Below are positions 26,759 through 35,742 of a DNA stretch of 43,642 bases, piece by piece. The stretch is from an uncultured bacterium (GTDB lineage: Bacteria > Myxococcota_A > Polyangia > Polyangiales > Houyiibacteriaceae), in the NCBI GenBank assembly GCA_937998345.1, contig CALLDH010000114.1, positions 1 through 43,642 on the forward strand. The letters run 5' to 3'. The notes beneath the pieces were generated by a model. That model saw nothing but the letters and a program-made list of their open reading frames with translations. It was not told where the DNA came from and did not search any database. Every line of letters starts with the position of its first letter. Within the stretch, counting starts at the first letter, position 1. The position numbers were made by a program, and so were the translations under genes.

Positions 26759-27112
26759 ATGCTGATCAATGTCTACATCCTGTCGCTGGTTCTCGGAGCC
26801 GTGCTCCTGGGCGCTTCGCTCTTCTTGAGGGACAAGCGTACCGACGCCGACGACCAAACCCGGGCTCACGACGACACGACCCGGCCGAGCCAGTTCGGTC
26901 AGCTGGACGGGGTCTCGGGGGGCGATTTCTTCGTACGAACCATGCGGTCGCGTCGGTTCTGGACGTTCTTCATCTCGTTTTTCGGAATGACCGGACTCGT
27001 CCTCGACGGGCTCGATCTCATGAGCGCAACGGTGTCGTTCTTGGTTGCCGCCGCGGTCGGGGCCCTGGCCGGCGCAGGGGCCTCCGCTGCGGTGCGCATC
27101 GGCTCTAGCTGA
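26759..27112 (+). CDS. small (117 aa) three-helix membrane protein of unknown function
   Basis: Hydrophobic helices LINVYILSLVLGAVLLGASLFL, FWTFFISFFGMTGLVL and VSFLVAAAVGALAGAGA. Same strand as pmk and 17 nt downstream of it. No recognisable motif. Confidence 0.45.
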   Translation: MLINVYILSLVLGAVLLGASLFLRDKRTDADDQTRAHDDTTRPSQFGQLDGVSGGDFFVRTMRSRRFWTFFISFFGMTGLVLDGLDLMSATVSFLVAAAVGALAGAGASAAVRIGSS

Positions 27113-27134
27113 GCGTGCAGGCTCCGCCCCAGGG

Positions 27135-28088
27135 CTATCCCGAGTAGGCTCGGACTTTTTCTTCGAGACGTTCGATGACCGTGGCGGCGAGATTCTCTCC
27201 ACAGAGCCGGGACATCTGCTGGAGGAGCGTTGGGCTGGTGACGTTGACTTCGATGAGCTTGCCCCCGATGACATCGAGGCCGACGAAAAATAGCTGATCG
27301 GCAATCAAGCGGGGACTGATCGTTTCGATGATCTTCCGGTCCGCGTCCGCAAGCTCCGCGGGCGCCGCCGAGCCGCCGACGTGCACGTTGCTCCGAAGGT
27401 CACCCTTGCTGGGAACGCGTCCGACAACCCCGAGAAGCTCACCATCGACGAGAAGAATCCGCTTGTCGCCCTCGTCATAGACCTCCGGGATGAGCGCCTG
27501 AACGATCGCGTTGCGCGCACCTAGGTGGGTGACCGACTCGATCAGAGCGTTGCGGTTGCTGTCCCCCTGGGTGAGCAGAAACACGCTCTCCCCCCCATGA
27601 CCATCGATCGGCTTGAGCACGGCCTTGCCGCCGACGTCGCTCAGGAACCGCACGATCTCATCCTTGTGACTCGTCATGATGGTCGGGGGCACGATCTCCG
27701 GAAAGTGATGCGCGTAGAGCTTCTCGTTCGCTTCCCGCAAACCACGCGGGCTGTTCACCACGAGCGTGCTGCCCTCGAGATGATCGAGGACGAGCGTCAG
27801 CCACAGGTAGGCATCGGTAAACGGCGGGTCCTGGCGGATGAACACCGCATCCACGTCCACCAAATCGATGTCTTCGGCCTCCGCCAAGCTGATCGGTTCT
27901 TGTGGGTCGAGCTGCATCGAAGCCTGCCGAACCCGGGCGACGACCCTCCGGCCGCGAAGCCCCACGTCGCTTGGCAAGCAGTGATCCACGCGATGGCCGC
28001 GCGCCTGCGCCTCCAGCATCAACGCAAAGCTGGTATCTTCGTCGACGATCACCGTCGACACGGGGTCCATGACGAACACGAAACGCAT
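27135..28088 (-). CDS. gshB: glutathione synthetase (ATP-grasp)
   Basis: MRFVFVMDP, GGKAVLKPIDGHGGESVF, GDKRILLVDGE, NVHVGG, LFFVGLDVIGGKLIEVNVTSP. The ATG at 28086-28088 lies inside the longer ORF 27135..28268. Confidence 0.9.
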   Translation of the reverse strand: MRFVFVMDPVSTVIVDEDTSFALMLEAQARGHRVDHCLPSDVGLRGRRVVARVRQASMQLDPQEPISLAEAEDIDLVDVDAVFIRQDPPFTDAYLWLTLVLDHLEGSTLVVNSPRGLREANEKLYAHHFPEIVPPTIMTSHKDEIVRFLSDVGGKAVLKPIDGHGGESVFLLTQGDSNRNALIESVTHLGARNAIVQALIPEVYDEGDKRILLVDGELLGVVGRVPSKGDLRSNVHVGGSAAPAELADADRKIIETISPRLIADQLFFVGLDVIGGKLIEVNVTSPTLLQQMSRLCGENLAATVIERLEEKVRAYSG

Positions 28089-28136
28089 GAAACTCAGCGG
28101 TAGCATCCGAGCCGGTTTGGAGGCAAGGTGCGAGCG

Positions 28137-29855
28137 ATGAAGCGCTGGCGTTCGATCGTGCCTTGGTGCCTTTTCGCCTTGCTGATGACGAGCCTTGCTG
28201 CTGGCGCCGCGCCCGCACAGCCGGAGCACGCCGCCGTATTCGCGCGAGACGCGGTCGCCGCCGACCACGCAGAAGCCTCGAAGGCGGGGGCTACGGTTCT
28301 GGCCGCAGGGGGCAACGCGGCCGACGCGGCTGCAGCCACGATGCTGGCCCTCGGAGTGGTCAATCCGGCAAGCAGCGGCCTTGGGGGCGGCGGGTTCGCC
28401 CTTTATTACTGCGCCAGGGACGGCTCGCTGACCTTCCTCGACTTCCGCGAGCGTGCCCCACGCGCTGCGACTCGAACGATGTTCGAGGCTGAAGGAGAGC
28501 GGCCAGAGGGTCCAGCGAGCTCTCCTTCTCAGCTAGGCGGCCTCGCGGCGGGTGTCCCCGGAGAGCCCGCCGGAATCGAGGCCCTGGTTACGCGTTTCGG
28601 GAGGCTCTCCTTGCGTGAGGTCATCGCGCCAGCCCTTCGACTGGCCGAAGAGGGCTTCGCGGTGAGCGGCGCGCTGGCTGCGATGGGAAGCGCATTCGAG
28701 GTTCAGCTTCGAAAAGACCCAGTCATGTCGAAGTGGGATCTCCAGCAGGGCGCGACCTTGCGTCGTCCGAGCTTGGCACGTGTGCTGCGGGCGTTCGCGG
28801 AGAAGGGTGCCGCGGTCATCTACGGCGGTCTCATCGGGCAAGAAATGGTGGCTGCGGTTCAGGAGCACGGCGGCGTCATGACCTTGCAGGACCTATACGC
28901 CTACCGCGTGCGGAGCCGTGTGCCGCTCGAGACGACCGCGTTCGGATACCGTTGGGTGACGGCGCCCCCTCCGAGTGCCGGTGGTTTCACGATGATACAA
29001 AGTCTGTCGATCCTGGAACAGGCGGCCGGGCCGACGCCAAGCTTTGGCGCCCCCCTTCTCCACGCGATGGCCGAATCCTGGAAGGGCCCGTTCCGTGATC
29101 GCCAGCGCTACTTCGGTGACCCAGACCAGGTGATCCTGCCGCTCGACAAGATGATGGCGCCGGCCCGTATCGCCAAGCGCGCTGAGCTCGCAGGAGATGG
29201 CACGGCCCATCCGAGCGCCGAGTATGACTTTCCGATCGAGTGGACCCGGACCCAGGTCGTGGCGCCTGATAACGCCGGGACCTCGCATCTTTGCGTAGTC
29301 GACGCGGAGGGCAACGTCGCCTCAGTCACGACCACCGTGAACCTGCCATTTGGAGCGCGGTTCACCGGCGGAGGAATCGTCATGAACGACGAAATGGACG
29401 ACTTCGCGAGCGGGACAGGCCGGGCCAACGCCTTCGGGTTGGTCGGCGGTGCGCGCAATTTGCCGGGGCCCTGGAAGCGTCCGGTGTCGACGATGTCTCC
29501 CACTATTGTGCTCGAGGACGGCAAGCCCGCCCTGTGCGTGGGCGCCTCAGGGGGAAGTCGAATCGTGACCGCCACGCAGCAGGTCGCAATGAACGTGTTG
29601 TTGCATGGCATCAGCGCCGGCGACGCTGTGGCGGCGCCGCGCATTCATCACCAAGGCGTGCCGGAAGCGCTCCGCGTGGAGACGGTTGCCCCACTGGATG
29701 CCGCCCTCGAGGACGCGCTTCGCGCCCGCGGCCACCTCATCGAGTCGATTCACAACGTCGCCAACGTGCAGGCAATCCAGATCGAACGGTTCCCGGAACG
29801 CCGCCTTCATGCGGCGAGCGACCCTCGCAAGGGCGGACGGCCCTCAGGTCACTAG
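28137..29855 (+). CDS. ggt: gamma-glutamyltranspeptidase
   Basis: Signal peptide MKRWRSIVPWCLFALLMTSLAAGAAPA, autoprocessing/catalytic GTSHLCVVDAEGNVASVTTTVN, and GASGGSRI. An alternative GTG start is at 28128. Confidence 0.9.
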   Translation: MKRWRSIVPWCLFALLMTSLAAGAAPAQPEHAAVFARDAVAADHAEASKAGATVLAAGGNAADAAAATMLALGVVNPASSGLGGGGFALYYCARDGSLTFLDFRERAPRAATRTMFEAEGERPEGPASSPSQLGGLAAGVPGEPAGIEALVTRFGRLSLREVIAPALRLAEEGFAVSGALAAMGSAFEVQLRKDPVMSKWDLQQGATLRRPSLARVLRAFAEKGAAVIYGGLIGQEMVAAVQEHGGVMTLQDLYAYRVRSRVPLETTAFGYRWVTAPPPSAGGFTMIQSLSILEQAAGPTPSFGAPLLHAMAESWKGPFRDRQRYFGDPDQVILPLDKMMAPARIAKRAELAGDGTAHPSAEYDFPIEWTRTQVVAPDNAGTSHLCVVDAEGNVASVTTTVNLPFGARFTGGGIVMNDEMDDFASGTGRANAFGLVGGARNLPGPWKRPVSTMSPTIVLEDGKPALCVGASGGSRIVTATQQVAMNVLLHGISAGDAVAAPRIHHQGVPEALRVETVAPLDAALEDALRARGHLIESIHNVANVQAIQIERFPERRLHAASDPRKGGRPSGH

Positions 29856-30346
29856 CGAAGGTTGGCTAGATACTCGTTCACCAGCGCCGCGTTCTTCGCA
29901 TACTGCTCGCGCGTCGAAGACACGAAGTACGTCTCGATGAGGCGTCCGAGTCCCAACACCTCAGCGGCGATTTCGAGAGTCACGCGCCGCTCACATTGAT
30001 GAGCCGAAACCGCCTCGACCGTCACCGTGCCCTTGGCTCTGATGCGGTCGGTCAAAGCCGATGTGATGACATGAAAATCGTAACGCTCGGCTTCGGCGTC
30101 GAAGGTTCCCTCTTCGATGTAACTGAACCGTTCGCCAAAAACCCTCGCGAGGGCTCGCGGCATCTGATGCGCGGGCCAAATCTTGGCGCGCCGGTAGCCG
30201 GTTTCGCTGTTCCACTCCTGCAGCTCGTATTCAAAGCCGAGGCCTTCGTACAGGTAGTGGTTGAAATCCTCGCTGCTGAAAATTCGCTCCCAGAATGCCT
30301 TTTCTGGGCAGTCCAGCAGCTGGCGGATCGCAAGACTCTTCGGCAT
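29852..30346 (-). CDS. SRPBCC-fold/DUF2505-like protein (tentative)
   Basis: 164 aa, soluble, no strong motif. The size and the pattern FWERIFSSEDFNHYLYEGLG...VTVEAVS are reminiscent of DUF2505/polyketide-cyclase-like SRPBCC proteins. It sits 2 nt downstream of the PP2C gene. Confidence 0.4.
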   Translation of the reverse strand: MPKSLAIRQLLDCPEKAFWERIFSSEDFNHYLYEGLGFEYELQEWNSETGYRRAKIWPAHQMPRALARVFGERFSYIEEGTFDAEAERYDFHVITSALTDRIRAKGTVTVEAVSAHQCERRVTLEIAAEVLGLGRLIETYFVSSTREQYAKNAALVNEYLANLR

Positions 30347-30348
30347 GA

Positions 30349-31122
30349 CTACTCGGTGATTCGAACGACGACGACCGTGGTGTTGTCCTCACCGCCGTTT
30401 TGGTTGGCTTGAGCGACCAGGGCCTTTGCGGCGGTTTCCACGTCCGCGCCGGCGTTGTGGACGATGTCGAGAATGCGGTCGTCGCTTACCATCCCGTTGA
30501 GACCGTCCGAGCAGAGCACGTAGACGTCGCCTGGTTCGACATCCTCGAAGAGGAGGTCGACGGGGACACTGTCCTGCATCCCGAGCGCACGCGTGATCAC
30601 ATTGGTCGGAAGGCGCTCCCTTTGAGCATCGGTCAAGTTCGGCATGACCAGCAGATAGTCGTTCAAGAGGGAGTGATCGCGGGTGAGCTGCGCGATGTCG
30701 CCCGCGCGAACGCGGTAAGCACGACTGTCGCCAACGTGCGCAACGTGGATCTTGCGTTCATCCCGGTTGAACAAAGCGCCAACGACCGTCGTGCCCATTC
30801 CTTGAACGGAGCGGTTGCCAACGGATGCTTGAAAGATCCGCTGGTTCGCGAGCTTCACCGCGGACACCAAACGGTTCTGTTCCGGGGTCAAGCGCGAGTC
30901 TTCTTCGGGCGGCCATTCGGCGCCGTCGTCGTCCACGCTGGTAGCGTCGAAGAAGGCGGTGATCTCCTTCGTCGCCATGTGGCTGGCCACGTCACCTGCC
31001 CGGTGGCCGCCCATGCCATCTGCCACGACGAACAGACGATGCTCGGAGAGAATGCAGTAGCTATCTTCGTTGTGCTCTCGCTGAAGACCGACGTCGGAGA
31101 GCCCTGCAGCAATGAAGTTCAT
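30349..31122 (-). CDS. PP2C-family Ser/Thr protein phosphatase
   Basis: SDVGLQREHNEDS, VADGMGGHRAGDVAS, LCSDGL, GGEDNTTVVVV. Confidence 0.9.
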   Translation of the reverse strand: MNFIAAGLSDVGLQREHNEDSYCILSEHRLFVVADGMGGHRAGDVASHMATKEITAFFDATSVDDDGAEWPPEEDSRLTPEQNRLVSAVKLANQRIFQASVGNRSVQGMGTTVVGALFNRDERKIHVAHVGDSRAYRVRAGDIAQLTRDHSLLNDYLLVMPNLTDAQRERLPTNVITRALGMQDSVPVDLLFEDVEPGDVYVLCSDGLNGMVSDDRILDIVHNAGADVETAAKALVAQANQNGGEDNTTVVVVRITE

Positions 31123-31253
31123 TCGTGTTCACGCGCCCCAAAAAGTCGATCGGAGATCATCGCAAAGGATGGGACCATCTATTGGCCTTCGACCCCATTG
31201 CGAGCAACCCAAATCGTTAGAGACAGTCTATCGAATGACGGAAGGGGGGCAAA

Positions 31254-33368
31254 TCAGGGCTTAACGAAGGCGGGCAGCACTGGCCAGCCAGACTCAGGAT
31301 CGTCCAAATACGAGTATCGTGCATAGTGCGTGGTCACTCGCCGCACGTAGTTGCGCGTTTCGTTGAATGGGATCCGCTCGACGAAGCGGTCGAGCTCCAT
31401 TCTCTTGCTCTCTTTGAGCCAGCGTTTCACTCGACTCTTGCCCGCATTGTAGGCGGCGATGCTCAACGGGTAGACGTCATCGAAGTCCTCGGCGAGAGCC
31501 GCCATTTCTTCGAGCCCGAGCGCGATGTTGGTTTCGGGAACGCGGAGCATGTACCGAGTGACCGTCTTGCCCGCGAGCTTTGTCGCGATCTCAGGCATCA
31601 GCTGCATCAAACCAACCGCTCCAGCCCTACTGACTACGTCCGGACGAAAGCCACTCTCCTGACGCATGGTCGCGTAGACCAACGCACGCGGGAGATCGGC
31701 GCGGTGCTCGTCGACAAGCGAACGCCAGGGCATCGGATAGACCGCGTCCCACCACCAGCGGTGTTTGGAGGGGTCACTATGAAGATAGACCATACGCCGG
31801 CGTGCGATGAGGAGCGCGTCGCGATAGGCGCCGGCATCACGGTAGAGCTGGGTGAGAAGCGGAATGCGTTGTGCGCTGGGATACTCCGCAACGAGCGCGT
31901 TCTCGTGAGCGTTGAGCCAGGCAATGCCATCGAGATCGAGGCCGAGTTGCCGGTAGACCTCGAAGGTATCCGGTAAGGGGAGATCGGCATCCGGAACCTC
32001 GACGGAGCTTGGAGTTCCCGCGTTCTCAAATGGACCGGGCGGTGTAACTTTGAGCCGCTTCAGCCGGCCAGCAGCCAAGACAGCATACCAATGAAGCGGT
32101 TCGACCCCGATGGCCTTGCGATAGGCGTCGACCGCTTTCGGTCCCCGCCGATAGGCGCGTCCCAGCCAATAGAAGCCGCGGGCCGCGTCCATGGAGGTGC
32201 TGACCAAGCTGGTGTACTGAGACAGGTAGCGAGCCGCCCGCGAGTACCGGCGGGTCTCAAAGGCACGAAAACCAAGCTCCCAAACCGCCGACCGGCGCCA
32301 TCGACCTCGCACTTGCGACTTCCCCCGCACCAGCCGCTCCATCTGCTTTTCGCCGTTCGCACGGCCTAGCCGTATCTCCAGCCATGCTGCGAGGAATCGT
32401 GCCTCCGGCGCGCGTTTGTTTCGCGGGTAGCGTTGGGCGAACCGTCTGTAGGCGCGGATCGCTCGACCATCTTGATCAGCCCGCGACAGCGCGCGGGCCG
32501 AGTGGAACGCATCTTCGGTCTCGTGCTCTCCGCCCAGCAACGCCGACTGGTGAAGGATGCGGGCCGCATCGAGGTACCGGGTGCGCATTCGAAAAAGAGC
32601 CATGCCGTAGACGTGACGCCAGCGGGCCCCGAGGGCGGGGTCGTCTCCGAGGTCGATGGCCTCCAGCTCTTCTACGGCTTGAGCGAATCGGCGTGCGTCC
32701 ATCAGCTCCTCGGCCCGCGAAACCCGATCCGAAGGGCTCGGCGATGCTCGCTCTTGTAGCTTCCGGGCGGCGTCTTGTTGCCCTGGCTGGACGGCAGACT
32801 TCCACGCCTCGAGAGCGGCATCCCTCGCATCGTCCGGGCGCTCGAGCTCGACGTAAACATCCGACAAGATTGCGAGCAGCGCGACGCGATTGGCCGCGTC
32901 GCGTTTTCGGCGAGTGAGCCTGGCGAGCTCCTCCGCAGCGATCTCGAGCTCACCGAGCTGAATCGCGCAATCGGCAGCGATCGCACGATCACGCCGGGTT
33001 ACCGCGATCTCACTCGACGCGATGCCCAAGAGCACAGGCCGCGCCTCGGCGCAGTGTCCGCATTGTGCCGCGGCGGTCGCCCATCGGCGCATCGAATCAT
33101 TGCGCAACGACTCCGGGAGCGTTGCGGGGAGGCGCGCGAGCTTCTCCATCGCGTCGCAAGGTCGGCCGACCGCGAGAAGCAGTCGACCCTCGAGGTAGCG
33201 AAGGGCATCCGAGTCGCGATCGTTTTCCGAGAGCAGCTCAATTGCCTCGAGCGCACCTGCCTCGTCTCCACTTCGGACCAGAGACGCGATACGATCGAGC
33301 CCCTCCTCGGCCAGCGCCCCAGCGCCGACGAGCAATGCGAACCCCGCCCCGAACCAAAAACCTCGCAA
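31254..33368 (-). CDS. soluble lytic murein transglycosylase (Slt70-like): superhelical TPR-like N-terminus plus SLT domain
   Basis: Signal-like MRGFWFGAGFALLVGAGALA (TTG start), a long Ala/Arg/Leu helical repeat region, then a C-terminal ATMRQESGFRPDVVSRAGAVGLMQLMP and AYNAG. Confidence 0.8.
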   Translation of the reverse strand: MRGFWFGAGFALLVGAGALAEEGLDRIASLVRSGDEAGALEAIELLSENDRDSDALRYLEGRLLLAVGRPCDAMEKLARLPATLPESLRNDSMRRWATAAAQCGHCAEARPVLLGIASSEIAVTRRDRAIAADCAIQLGELEIAAEELARLTRRKRDAANRVALLAILSDVYVELERPDDARDAALEAWKSAVQPGQQDAARKLQERASPSPSDRVSRAEELMDARRFAQAVEELEAIDLGDDPALGARWRHVYGMALFRMRTRYLDAARILHQSALLGGEHETEDAFHSARALSRADQDGRAIRAYRRFAQRYPRNKRAPEARFLAAWLEIRLGRANGEKQMERLVRGKSQVRGRWRRSAVWELGFRAFETRRYSRAARYLSQYTSLVSTSMDAARGFYWLGRAYRRGPKAVDAYRKAIGVEPLHWYAVLAAGRLKRLKVTPPGPFENAGTPSSVEVPDADLPLPDTFEVYRQLGLDLDGIAWLNAHENALVAEYPSAQRIPLLTQLYRDAGAYRDALLIARRRMVYLHSDPSKHRWWWDAVYPMPWRSLVDEHRADLPRALVYATMRQESGFRPDVVSRAGAVGLMQLMPEIATKLAGKTVTRYMLRVPETNIALGLEEMAALAEDFDDVYPLSIAAYNAGKSRVKRWLKESKRMELDRFVERIPFNETRNYVRRVTTHYARYSYLDDPESGWPVLPAFVKP

Positions 33369-33452
33369 TACGGACGGAATCTAACACTCATTGGCGCGCG
33401 CGCAGACCGATTGGCGATCGTCCGGTGTCTCCCGTATGCTCCGCCGCTGACG

Positions 33453-33926
33453 ATGGGACGCGCGATTATCTTATTGCTTGCCGGTCTTACTGGTCTCGTT
33501 GGGGCGGGGTGCAAGCAGCATATCGGAGACAGCTGCGGCAGCTCCACCGACTGCTCGGTCACCGGAGAGCGCCAATGCGACCTGGCCCAGCCGGGCGGGT
33601 ATTGCACCGTGTTCTCGTGCGACCCGGATACCTGTCCCGAGGGAGCATGCGTCGAGTGGCGTTTCATCCCGAGCCGCACGGCAGAAACCTGGTGCATGAA
33701 AACCTGCGACAACACGGGAAATTGCCGTTTTGATTATGCCTGTGTCCTGCCGGCTCAAATCACGATGAACGGGGAGTTCGACCCGAATCTGCCGGTGGAC
33801 GAACGGGTCGCGCGCATCATCGACCTCAATTCCTACAAAGCCGAGGCCAAGATCTGCACGGCTCTTTCTCCGGGGAGCCCTCAGCCGGAGTCGCTGACGC
33901 AGACGGAGCTCGACGGGGGTCTGTAG
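33453..33926 (+). CDS. Cys-rich secreted lipoprotein (157 aa), unknown function
   Basis: Lipobox LLAGLTGLVGAGC, followed by 12 further Cys residues in the mature part (DSCG, TDCS, RQCD, GYCT, FSCD, DTCP, GACV, TWCM, KTCD, GNCR, YACV, KICT). The ATG at 33453 lies within the longer ORF 32775..33926. Confidence 0.65.
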   Translation: MGRAIILLLAGLTGLVGAGCKQHIGDSCGSSTDCSVTGERQCDLAQPGGYCTVFSCDPDTCPEGACVEWRFIPSRTAETWCMKTCDNTGNCRFDYACVLPAQITMNGEFDPNLPVDERVARIIDLNSYKAEAKICTALSPGSPQPESLTQTELDGGL

Positions 33927-33968
33927 CCCGGTCCCGCAGGGAAACCGACGCCGAAATGAATCGAGCGT

Positions 33969-34925
33969 ATGATGGTCCGGATGATGTCTCCGGGCCTCTT
34001 GCGGTATCTGGTAGGCCGTCTCGTGCGGGCACTGCTGACCGTCATCGGTCTGGTGACGATCGTGTTCTTGCTGGTGCGGCTGATCCCGGGCGACCCGGTG
34101 GAGGCCATCCTCGGAGACCAAGCGGGCCCCGAAGAAAAGGCTGAGCTTCGTCGCGCGCTCAACCTCGACCGCCCTGTCGGAGAGCAGTACCTATCGTTCC
34201 TCGGTGACATGGCCGACGGCAGCATGGGCACATCATTCCGGCGGCCCGATCGATCGGTGTGGTCGATGATGCGCGACGTATTGCCGTACACGATTGTGCT
34301 CGCCCTCGCGGCGTTGCTCGTGGCCTGGTTCGTGGCGATCCCGCTTGGCGCGATCGCCGCGGCCAACGCAGGCAGGGGTTGGGACAAGGTCGCATCGACC
34401 CTGGCCGTGGCAGGCTTGGCAATCCCCAACATCTGGCTCGGGCCCCTACTCATTCTCGCATTCGGCGTGAAGCTTGGTTGGCTTCCTTTACCGGGTGACG
34501 ACCTGGGGGGGCCAAAGGCACTGATCCTGCCGGCGATCACGATTGGAACCGCGCTTGCGGCCGTGCTGACCCGGCAGACTCGGGCAGCGATGATCGAGGT
34601 GCTCGCCCAGCAATACATCATCGCCGCACGCGCCCGCGGCGTTCCGAGGGTCCCGCTGCTGCTCCGGCATGCGCTTCGAAACGCCCTGCTCCCGGTCATG
34701 ACCATCGGCGCGGCTCAGCTGGGCGCGCTGCTCTCTGGCACGGTGGTGACGGAGAAGATTTTCGAACGACAGGGGCTCGGGACCCTCTTCCTCGACGCGT
34801 TCTTCTCTCGCGATATCCCGGTGGTTCAGGGCTGCGTGCTCGTCATCGCAGTGATCTACGTCGCCGTGAACCTCGCCGTAGACTTGGCATACGGGGTCGT
34901 CGACCCCCGGGTGAGGCTGTCGTGA
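33969..34925 (+). CDS. ABC peptide/nickel-type transporter permease (DppB/OppB-like)
   Basis: LLRYLVGRLVRALLTVIG N-terminus and EAA loop YIIAARARGVPRVPLLLRHALRNALLP. The start may be ATG 33984. Confidence 0.85.
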   Translation: MMVRMMSPGLLRYLVGRLVRALLTVIGLVTIVFLLVRLIPGDPVEAILGDQAGPEEKAELRRALNLDRPVGEQYLSFLGDMADGSMGTSFRRPDRSVWSMMRDVLPYTIVLALAALLVAWFVAIPLGAIAAANAGRGWDKVASTLAVAGLAIPNIWLGPLLILAFGVKLGWLPLPGDDLGGPKALILPAITIGTALAAVLTRQTRAAMIEVLAQQYIIAARARGVPRVPLLLRHALRNALLPVMTIGAAQLGALLSGTVVTEKIFERQGLGTLFLDAFFSRDIPVVQGCVLVIAVIYVAVNLAVDLAYGVVDPRVRLS

Positions 34926-35740
34926 CGAAGGTCCGTGCTCACCTTCGGAGGACGCCGGTAGGCGTGGCGATCGTGGCGGGGTTCTTCGTGCTGGGGCTCA
35001 TCGGTCCATGGATCGCGCCGTACGACCCGCTCGCGATCGACCTTCTGCACGAATACGAGTCTCCGTCGTGGACGCACCTTCTCGGCACAGGAGACAACGG
35101 GATCGACATCTTGAGCGCACTGCTCCACGGCGCGCGACTCGCCGCGATCGTCGGAATCGTCGTCGTTGGGGTGTCCGTCGTATTGGGCACTTTGCTCGGG
35201 ACCTGGGCCGGTTACGCCGGACGGTTCGCCGACCACATCATCACAGGGGTGGCCGACCTGGTGCAGGCCTTCCCTGCTATCGTGCTGAACATCGCGGTCC
35301 TGGCCCTGGTCGCCCGGCCGGGCCTCGTGCATTTGATCGTGGCGCTCGCCGTCAACGGATGGGTCCTGTACGCGCGCCTGGCCCGCGCCGAGACGCTGTC
35401 TTTGAGGGAGCGCGAATTCGTCGAGGCTGCACGCGCACTCGGCGTACCGACACACGAGGTCCTGCGCCGCCACGTGATTCCCAATCTGCTCGGTCCCCTC
35501 GTCATTCAGGCAACCACAGGATTAGGGGTCGTGATCCTGGCGGAATCGACTCTTTCATTCCTCGGCCTCGGGCCCGGTAAGGCCGTGTCCTGGGGCGCAC
35601 TCCTCGATCAGGGCACCAGCGTGCTGCTGCGTTTCCCGCATGTGGCGCTCTTCTCGGGCGGCGCGATCGCGCTGACCGTGCTGGGCTTCAATCTCACCGG
35701 CGACTGGTTGCGAGACCGGCTCGACCCTCGCCTTCGATAG
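34922..35740 (+). CDS. ABC peptide/nickel-type transporter permease (DppC/OppC-like)
   Basis: EAA loop EFVEAARALGVPTHEVLRRHVIPNLLGP. 4-nt overlap with the upstream permease gene. Confidence 0.85.
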   Translation: MTKVRAHLRRTPVGVAIVAGFFVLGLIGPWIAPYDPLAIDLLHEYESPSWTHLLGTGDNGIDILSALLHGARLAAIVGIVVVGVSVVLGTLLGTWAGYAGRFADHIITGVADLVQAFPAIVLNIAVLALVARPGLVHLIVALAVNGWVLYARLARAETLSLREREFVEAARALGVPTHEVLRRHVIPNLLGPLVIQATTGLGVVILAESTLSFLGLGPGKAVSWGALLDQGTSVLLRFPHVALFSGGAIALTVLGFNLTGDWLRDRLDPRLR

Positions 35741-35742
35741 CC

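Noticed and set aside
32775-33452. Upstream 226 codons of ORF 32775..33926
   Set aside because: It is antisense to the Slt-like gene. The downstream ATG at 33453 gives a textbook lipoprotein signal peptide (LLAGLTGLVGAGC).
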